NCBI GenBank assembly: GCA_016840065.1
Contig: JAEOTB010000087.1
Coordinates: 1-14,632 of the forward strand
Direction: 5' to 3'
From: Candidatus Hermodarchaeota archaeon
GTDB lineage: Archaea > Asgardarchaeota > Hermodarchaeia > Hermodarchaeales > Hermodarchaeaceae
Length of the DNA stretch: 14,632 bases
This document shows positions 7,011 to 13,025 of the stretch, piece by piece. Made by a program: the position numbers and the translations under genes. The notes under the pieces are model-generated. The model saw nothing but the letters and a program-made list of their open reading frames with translations, did not search any database and was not told the origin of the DNA. Each line of letters starts with the position of its first letter. The stretch's first letter is position 1.

Positions 7011-8327
7011 GTGGGACTAATGTTTTCACTGATAAAGATGGCAGCCAAAGTCGGAGTTGTGGTGTTTGGTACATACTTCCTCCAAATGGTTAGCCTAATC
7101 ATCCTTAGTTTCGTACCATTGCCTCCAGAAATTATAGGGCTAGCATTGCTAGTAGCTACACCCTGCTACGCGCTAGCTCTTCTCATACCTGTCTTTGGTG
7201 GAAACATACGCGGAATGAAATGGCCAATAATCATAGGCCTAGGATTCATATCCCTCACCCTCATCGCAGGGATTTCATTGTTAATCCTATCTCTGGTAGT
7301 GGTTAACCCTATTCTTCAGGTATTAGTGGTTGGCGACCTCCTCATCGCCTTCATAGCACTGTTGTTCCTGAATCGCCAATGGCTAAGGAATCTTGACCTT
7401 GTAGATCGTCACCTCCTTGTAGCCGCAGTTGAAATTCATCCAGAGCCTTCCTCCACCACCCGACCAAAAGTTACAGGCCCGAGCATGCACAGATTTCAGA
7501 GAGTTCTGGTCAACCTAGCCACTACAAGGATACCTGTTGGTCTTCGATTCCAGTTCCTTCCTGGCGGACATACTCGATTATTCCTCTTCACCGTTGCTGA
7601 ATCCAAAGAGCTTCTTCTGCATCGTCAGAAAAGACTCCATCAGTTTCTTGCGGTCCATTTACCCAATGTCACTCTTAGCCCCTGTCAGCTCCCTCCCCAT
7701 CCTCTCCCCTCATCAACACCAGCCGCTGTTGCCTACCTGTCAGGCCCCCCGAGTAACAAAGTAGATTTCATTACTTTCCTTCAGAAAACATTGCGCTCCC
7801 GGAAATTCTCTTCCCAGAAGGACCTCACAGCACCAGCCTTCATCTTCCAGGTGTTTACTGCGCCAAAGAGGCTAGAGAGACTTGATTTCTGGGTTGCTCG
7901 CCGCCGCTTAGAAGGGCGCGTCCAGAAAGCGCAGCGTTTACTTGCCGCTGCGACACTTCTCTCCAAGGGCATCCCACCACCCCCTAACCTTGCTGAGAAG
8001 CTAACCGATCCCAAGGCTCTGGCACAGGCCCACCTTGTCCTCCACCAATTTCGCCGCTTAACTGCACCTCTCCTCCTCCAATCACAAACTGCACTAGTCT
8101 GTTGGCACCCTGCGGGTCAAGAAGCAGCTCACAATACCGTTGAAGCCCTAGCTAATCGTCTTGTCAGCGAACTACAACCAATGACCCCAACCGCCCCTAT
8201 TTCAAGCCACTTACCACGCTTTAAGAACCGACAAATCCAGAGGCTGCTCCGTTGTGCACCCACGGGCCCAATCACCTTCCTTCTCCCAGAAGAAGCTGCT
8301 ACCTACTTTGGAACCCATAGCCAGTGA
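7011..8327 (+). CDS. Hypothetical membrane-anchored protein; resembles the N-terminal region of HerA/coupling-protein-like ATPases without the ATPase domain
   Basis: 438-aa ORF starting 5 nt after the upstream stop, with GGAGG inside the end of the upstream gene. About 4 N-terminal TM helices. Ends ...TFLLPEEAATYF. No Walker A motif. Confidence 0.7.
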   Translation: MGLMFSLIKMAAKVGVVVFGTYFLQMVSLIILSFVPLPPEIIGLALLVATPCYALALLIPVFGGNIRGMKWPIIIGLGFISLTLIAGISLLILSLVVVNPILQVLVVGDLLIAFIALLFLNRQWLRNLDLVDRHLLVAAVEIHPEPSSTTRPKVTGPSMHRFQRVLVNLATTRIPVGLRFQFLPGGHTRLFLFTVAESKELLLHRQKRLHQFLAVHLPNVTLSPCQLPPHPLPSSTPAAVAYLSGPPSNKVDFITFLQKTLRSRKFSSQKDLTAPAFIFQVFTAPKRLERLDFWVARRRLEGRVQKAQRLLAAATLLSKGIPPPPNLAEKLTDPKALAQAHLVLHQFRRLTAPLLLQSQTALVCWHPAGQEAAHNTVEALANRLVSELQPMTPTAPISSHLPRFKNRQIQRLLRCAPTGPITFLLPEEAATYFGTHSQ

Positions 8328-8419
8328 GTATTTTCTGGGGCAGAGAAAAAGAGAAAGAGCGAGGGCAACAATACCCTCACTAAAGCCATAGAATTGACGT
8401 AAAATGTCAAAAGAGTTGA

Positions 8420-8563
8420 TCACGGAGGTGGAACAGGTAATCTACCACGCCAGCCGCAGCGAGGGCATCTGAAAGGTGCAAACCATCCTCGTCGCCAGCG
8501 TCTTTTCCGGGGAGGGCCAATTCGCTTCATAGGAGCTCCGCAATGTGGGCAGGGCCTAGGCAT
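8420..8563 (-). CDS. 47-aa CPxCG-type zinc-finger microprotein (not in the ORF track)
   Basis: Manual translation: MPRPCPHCGAPMKRIGPPRKRRWRRGWFAPFRCPRCGWRGRLPVPPP*. GAGGTGA ribosome site at 8574-8568. Alternative in-frame ATG at 8566. Two CPxCG knuckles. Confidence 0.85.
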   Translation of the reverse strand: MPRPCPHCGAPMKRIGPPRKRRWRRGWFAPFRCPRCGWRGRLPVPPP

Positions 8564-8606
8564 CATATCACCTCGATTTGGGTGTACTACTCCATCTGTG
8601 ATTAGA

Positions 8607-8614
8607 TTTTAAAA
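8607..8614 (-). promoter_or_regulatory. TATA box for the microprotein gene
   Basis: TTTTAAAA about 45 nt upstream of the start, which leaves room for a short leader containing the RBS. Confidence 0.55.
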
Positions 8615-8701
8615 TGTTTGGGAGTATTAGGCTAGTCGAGTAAGCTAATTTTCTGTTGTTTTTGATTTCACAGGTTTTTGTCGTGGAGCCTGCGCTTTAC
8701 A

Positions 8702-9973
8702 CTAGTCTTTTTCCATTATCTTTGCAAACTGGTACACTTCATTGAAAGTGTTATAGAAGGGAACGGGTGCCACACGGATAACATCAGGTTCCCGCCAGTC
8801 GCAGTAGACACCAGCTTCTTTGAGTTGTTCGTAGAGCCCCTTGCCCTCGTAATGAGTTCTGATAGATATCTGACATCCTCGCTGATTAGGGTCACGGGGA
8901 GTTATAATGGTGAATCGGTCACTTTTGGTCTGGTTGATTAGAAATTCAAGGTAGCCTGTCATTAGTTCAGACTTTGCCCTTAATTTTGTCATACCAACCT
9001 CCTCAAAGAAGGCTAAGGAGGCTTCCAATGGTGCCAGTGTTAAGGGAGAGGCACAGCTAATCTGCCAGCCTCCAGCTCCAGGTGTAGGATCGAAATCTGG
9101 TTGCATAAGGAAACGCGTTTCCAGGCGGTTGCCCCACCAACCTTCAAAACGGGGAATGTCAGTTAGGCTTCCATGGTTCTCGTGAACAAAACAGCCTCCA
9201 GGACCTGCTGGTCCCCCATTCAAATATTTGTATGTGCACCAAACAGCAAAGTCTACCTGCCAATCATGTAATTTCAATGGTATGTTTCCTGCTGCGTGGG
9301 CGAGGTCATATCCAACAACACAACCTTTCCTGTGACCTGCTTTTGTAATGCGTCCCATCTCGAAAGCCTGCCCAGAGTAGTAGTTAATTCCTCCAAGCCA
9401 GATTAACGCAATGGTATCGCCCTTCCTTTCGATTATTGTCTCGATATCCTCTGTGCGGATTGAAGTCTCATCAGGTCGGGTCTTTAATTCGATTAAGGCA
9501 TCTTCTGGATCAATACCATGAAATCGCATCTGGGATTTGAGCGCGTATTGATCGCTGGGGAAGGTTTTCTCTTCGATTAGAACTTTGTACCGCTGCTTTA
9601 TTGGTCTGTAGAACGAGATGAACATCAGATGCATGTTGACGCTTAGCGAGTTCATCAGTATGACCTCGGAGGGCTTTGCTCCCATAATTGGTGCCATGCG
9701 TTCACTCAGCGTCTCAGAGTATTGTGTCCAAGGTTTTTCGCCGGTGGAGAATGCTTCGACGCCCCAACGCTCCCACTCCAACATAACCTCTTCAAGCCGT
9801 TCCCTTGCTGTTCTAGGCTGCAGACCCAGAGAATTACCTAGAAAGTAGATGGCTGGTTCCCCTGAGGATTTGCGGGGAATCAGGAACTGGTCCCTGTATC
9901 CTGCTAATGAATCGTTTTCATCCATGGAGTCAGCAAAGGCCTGACCAACTTCGAACTTTGGCAATCTATTCAC
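8702..9973 (-). CDS. kynU: Kynureninase (PLP fold type I, class V)
   Basis: Motifs IYFLGNSLGLQP, FPSDQYA, DLAHAAGN, FAVWCTYKYLNGGP (PLP lysine), GWWG, DWREPDVIRVAPVPFYN. Confidence 0.95.
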   Translation of the reverse strand: MNRLPKFEVGQAFADSMDENDSLAGYRDQFLIPRKSSGEPAIYFLGNSLGLQPRTARERLEEVMLEWERWGVEAFSTGEKPWTQYSETLSERMAPIMGAKPSEVILMNSLSVNMHLMFISFYRPIKQRYKVLIEEKTFPSDQYALKSQMRFHGIDPEDALIELKTRPDETSIRTEDIETIIERKGDTIALIWLGGINYYSGQAFEMGRITKAGHRKGCVVGYDLAHAAGNIPLKLHDWQVDFAVWCTYKYLNGGPAGPGGCFVHENHGSLTDIPRFEGWWGNRLETRFLMQPDFDPTPGAGGWQISCASPLTLAPLEASLAFFEEVGMTKLRAKSELMTGYLEFLINQTKSDRFTIITPRDPNQRGCQISIRTHYEGKGLYEQLKEAGVYCDWREPDVIRVAPVPFYNTFNEVYQFAKIMEKD

Positions 9974-10037
9974 ACCTAGAGGACAGCATCACTAGCTTTG
10001 TCGAGAAACGTGGCTTCTCTTTTATTTCTTTGTCACA

Positions 10038-10871
10038 CTACAGACGGGATCGTCTCATTCCATAACCTGAAATATAGCCCACAAGGAAACAGAGCGCAAG
10101 CGCCAATTCATAGTAGAGGAAAGGCAAGTTTGGGTCAATCACTGCTAGAGAGATGGCAAAGAGAACCAAGAACACGGGGTTGTAAACGGCGGCTATGTGT
10201 CCATAGGTTTCTTCAAGGTCTCTGAGGTTCTGCACGATTGTGTAGGCTAGGTTCAAGATTAAAGTGGTGATAAGAATCCAATAAACGATATTTGGTATTG
10301 GGATGATGGTGTAGAGTATGAGGTCCAGACCACCCACTCCAGGAACGGCGCTGACGGGAAGAAGGAACACTTGAATCGCGTAATAAATCACTGACCCCAA
10401 TGTGATTGCTAGAATGATGTAGGCGAAAATCCCACCCTTCTTTGCTTTTTGAAAGCCTTCGATTCCGGTACTTATGGCATTGAGATAAGCGGTGATGAAG
10501 ATTACGAAGAAGAGAACAAGCCCCTGAGTAAAGGGTAAGGCAGTGAGTGAACTGAAGAGAAGCAGTGCAAGGATTCCCATTGCAATTCGTTGATTCTTAT
10601 CAAGGGGGGATTCCTGGATGCCAGAGGCTAGATATACGGAATAAGCAAACCAAGGGGCGAAGAGAAAGACACAGGTAAGCCCTAGATAGTAGAAGACTGG
10701 TCCTTGATTGGCAAGTTCTGTGAAAAAGGTGTAGCTGAATAATGGATCATATGCGGAGTGAAACATACTCCCGATGTCTAGTAGGAAGAGAAAGAATGCT
10801 AGAATGTAACATGCAAAGATGGCGATAGTGTACGCGAGAAATTTTGAACCAAATTTAACCATGCGTTTCAC
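10038..10871 (-). CDS. Hypothetical polytopic membrane protein (about 8 TM)
   Basis: About 8 hydrophobic segments with short loops. Start is GTG 10871 or ATG 10862. Lies 64 nt upstream of kynU on the same strand. Confidence 0.8.
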   Translation of the reverse strand: MKRMVKFGSKFLAYTIAIFACYILAFFLFLLDIGSMFHSAYDPLFSYTFFTELANQGPVFYYLGLTCVFLFAPWFAYSVYLASGIQESPLDKNQRIAMGILALLLFSSLTALPFTQGLVLFFVIFITAYLNAISTGIEGFQKAKKGGIFAYIILAITLGSVIYYAIQVFLLPVSAVPGVGGLDLILYTIIPIPNIVYWILITTLILNLAYTIVQNLRDLEETYGHIAAVYNPVFLVLFAISLAVIDPNLPFLYYELALALCFLVGYISGYGMRRSRL

Positions 10872-10885
10872 AGCCTACTAAGGTT

Positions 10886-10924
10886 AAGGACTAATAGGTA
10901 GTCCTTCTTTAAATCCTTTAAATC
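10886..10924 (-). promoter_or_regulatory. Duplicated TATA-like element plus an adjacent 8-bp palindromic operator candidate
   Basis: CTTTAAATC twice in tandem (10907-10915, 10916-10924). AAGGACTA-N5-TAGTCCTT (10886-10906) lies directly downstream on the minus strand. Confidence 0.6.
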
Positions 10925-10963
10925 AAGCCAGCTTTTGTACTAGAAAGAGATTGGCTCCTATAA

Positions 10964-11341
10964 TCAGGGCTGCTTTTCTTCAGGGGGTGGTGCCCAGAGG
11001 CTCTCCCAAATCCGTTTGAGGTTCCTCCCAATGCTTTCAGGTGCCTGTTTCAAGAACTCCTCAAGCGTATCACAAGTGTAATTCGCACAGTGTGCACATG
11101 TCTTGACGCCTTTTTCGCTGGCACAAGCACGAACTTTACAGACTGCGCAGAACTTGAAGTGCACCCCGTCCTTTGATTTGCACCCATCGCAGTTGATGTC
11201 TGAAGGGGATACTGGAAATTCTGGGTTTGACCATTTTTCAGCAGTTTCTTCTCGAACTGCATCGTCGTCAGTTTGTTTTGCCATGTAGGCTGGGCATTCA
11301 GTGCATTCAATTCCACAATAGGCACATGTTTCCCATTTCAT
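10964..11341 (-). CDS. DUF3795 family Cys-rich (metal-binding) protein
   Basis: AYCGIECTECPAY...INCDGCK...CAVCKVRACASEKGVKTCAHCANYTC pattern. Confidence 0.88.
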   Translation of the reverse strand: MKWETCAYCGIECTECPAYMAKQTDDDAVREETAEKWSNPEFPVSPSDINCDGCKSKDGVHFKFCAVCKVRACASEKGVKTCAHCANYTCDTLEEFLKQAPESIGRNLKRIWESLWAPPPEEKQP

Positions 11342-11366
11342 AATACTCTACATTGATTTACTACCA

Positions 11367-11374
11367 GATATAAG
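11367..11374 (-). promoter_or_regulatory. TATA box of a probably leaderless DUF3795 transcript
   Basis: CTTATATC on the minus strand centred about 29 nt upstream of ATG 11341. No RBS visible. Confidence 0.55.
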
Positions 11375-11383
11375 CTAGTCGAT

Positions 11384-11827
11384 TTAGGGCTCCTCTTTGT
11401 GGGTGAAGAAGCAGCCGCAGGTGACTGTCTGACCCACTCCAGGTATCTGTCGTAGCTTGTTCACAACTAGCTCACCTATTTCCTGTAGGGAAGCTCCTCG
11501 AGCCTTTAGGATGAGGTCCCATTGTCCAGCCACGACATGGACTTCCGCTACATTTTCTAGTCGTGCGATTGCGCGAGCCACATCCTGTTGTGACACATTG
11601 TTAGTGGGATTGTAGGTGAGTAGTATGAAGGCTGTGACTGGTAGTCCGATTTTCTCATAGTTGGGGATAGCTACTGTCCGCTGGATTATTCCCGTTTCTC
11701 GCATTCGACTGATTCGGTGCTGGACTGTGGAGCGGGGTATACCGAGTTTTTGGGCCAGTCTCTGCACTGGTGTGTTTGCGTCCTGTTGTAAGGCTTTTAG
11801 AATCCGTTGATCCTTCTCGTCAAGCAT
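11384..11827 (-). CDS. Lrp/AsnC family transcriptional regulator
   Basis: MLDEKDQRILKALQQDA...LAQKLGIPRSTVQHRISRM HTH and VAGQWDL RAM motif. Start ATG 11827, with TTTTTAT about 27 nt upstream (leaderless). Confidence 0.95.
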   Translation of the reverse strand: MLDEKDQRILKALQQDANTPVQRLAQKLGIPRSTVQHRISRMRETGIIQRTVAIPNYEKIGLPVTAFILLTYNPTNNVSQQDVARAIARLENVAEVHVVAGQWDLILKARGASLQEIGELVVNKLRQIPGVGQTVTCGCFFTHKEEP

Positions 11828-11828
11828 G

Positions 11829-11884
11829 TTGGTAAAATACCAATTATCAGATAAAAATCTTGTTGATTGTCGGTTTTTTACCAA
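11829..11884. promoter_or_regulatory. Two Lrp/FFRP-type 15-bp operator sites
   Basis: TTGGTA-AAA-TACCAA (11829-11843, perfect palindromic arms) and TCGGTT-TTT-TACCAA (11870-11884; its reverse complement matches site 1 at 13 of 15). Confidence 0.7.
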
Positions 11885-11943
11885 TGCCGTTAGCAGAAAG
11901 CTTATTACAATGGGCGACTATTAGCATACATGGGTGCGCCAAA

Positions 11944-12960
11944 ATGCAAGAACCCTCTCCTTCCACAAAGAGCATACAGCAATCCTCCCCTCCAGACATG
12001 GTTACCGGAATCCGCTACCGGTACCGCTCCATCCGAACTCCTCGCGCTCGCGCTATCTTGCGAATACAGCACGAGGCGGCTAGAGCCATCCGACAGTTCC
12101 TAGATGAAGCCGGTTTCGTCGAGCTATTGGCACCTATCATAGGGCCAGTCACCGACCCCGGCATTCGAGGAGCAGCGGCGGTTCCAATCAAGTTCAATGG
12201 TGAAGTTTTCACTCTTATGACTTCCATGATCTTGTACAAGCAGATGGTCATGGCGACTCTACCCCGCATCTACAGCTTCTCCCCATGTGTTCGCCTTGAG
12301 CCCACTGCTAGTCGTGGAACCGGGAGACATCTAGCTGAATTCTATCAGGTAGATCTCGAAGTTGCCCGTGCTTCTTGTGAACAAGTGATGGACGTTGGAG
12401 ACGCTTTATTGGTTCAGGTCCTTCAGGCAGTGCGCAAGGAGTGTGAACCTCAACTGGAATTGCTGGGGCGCACCCTCCCCCTTTTTTCTGGCAGCTTCCC
12501 CCGCGTTACATTCGCTGAAGTTGTCGAGATGCTACGTGACGAGGGGATTGTACTGGACTCTAGAAGAGAGCTTCCTTGGAAGGCGGAACAAATCCTCTCA
12601 CAACGCTTCGAAACCCCCTTCTGGATTACCGAATACCCCACGGGTTCACGGGGCTTCTATTACCTCACGGACCCAGAACGGCCCAGCCTCCTCCGTTCCT
12701 TTGACTTCATACTTCCTGAAGGCTATGGTGAAATTGCCAGCGGAGGTGAGCGAGAACACACCCTGAAAGGAGTAATTGGAAAAATGCATCGAACCAGAGA
12801 AAAACCAGCCAAGTACAAGTGGTACATTGATATGCTTCGAGAGGGAATTCCTCCATCGGCGGGTTTTGGTATTGGCCTAGAACGTCTCACCCGTTACCTC
12901 TGTGGGGTTCCCCACATATGGGAATGTTCTCCTTTCCCGAAGGTACCTGGAGTTATATGA
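11944..12960 (+). CDS. asnA: Archaeal-type asparagine synthetase A (AS-AR; AsnRS/AspRS catalytic-core paralog lacking the anticodon-binding domain)
   Basis: Class II aaRS motifs: TDPG, SMILYKQ, SPCVRLE..TGRHLAEFYQVDLE, PEGYGEIASGGERE, PSAGFGIGLERL. No N-terminal OB fold. Start ATG 11944 after GGGTG, with a BRE/TATA-like GAAAGCTTATTA near 11896-11907. Confidence 0.88.
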   Translation: MQEPSPSTKSIQQSSPPDMVTGIRYRYRSIRTPRARAILRIQHEAARAIRQFLDEAGFVELLAPIIGPVTDPGIRGAAAVPIKFNGEVFTLMTSMILYKQMVMATLPRIYSFSPCVRLEPTASRGTGRHLAEFYQVDLEVARASCEQVMDVGDALLVQVLQAVRKECEPQLELLGRTLPLFSGSFPRVTFAEVVEMLRDEGIVLDSRRELPWKAEQILSQRFETPFWITEYPTGSRGFYYLTDPERPSLLRSFDFILPEGYGEIASGGEREHTLKGVIGKMHRTREKPAKYKWYIDMLREGIPPSAGFGIGLERLTRYLCGVPHIWECSPFPKVPGVI

Positions 12961-13025
12961 CCCCTAAGATAGGGGAACGGTTATTATTGTCTTGAGTTCT
13001 ATTATTTGCTAACAGGTGTCTATTG

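Noticed and set aside
8325-8402. UGA read-through or frameshift extending ORF 7011-8327 into an ATPase domain
   Set aside because: The frame closes again after about 24 codons with no Walker motif, and the next sequence is the convergent microprotein gene.
8420-8580. GC-rich intergenic stretch initially suggestive of a tRNA or ncRNA
   Set aside because: No cloverleaf or T-loop signature. It is fully explained by the minus-strand zinc-finger ORF with its RBS.
5626-8700. Integrated mobile element around the VirB4-like pair
   Set aside because: No integrase, transposase, relaxase, tRNA target or flanking direct repeats were seen.
10038-10871. Rhodopsin or GPCR-like 7-TM protein
   Set aside because: About 8 helices and no retinal-binding Lys in the final helices.
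11860-12960. Asparaginyl- or aspartyl-tRNA synthetase; longer N-terminus from the ORF track
   Set aside because: It lacks the anticodon-binding OB domain and its motifs fit AS-AR. The extension from 11860 overlaps promoter and operator elements.
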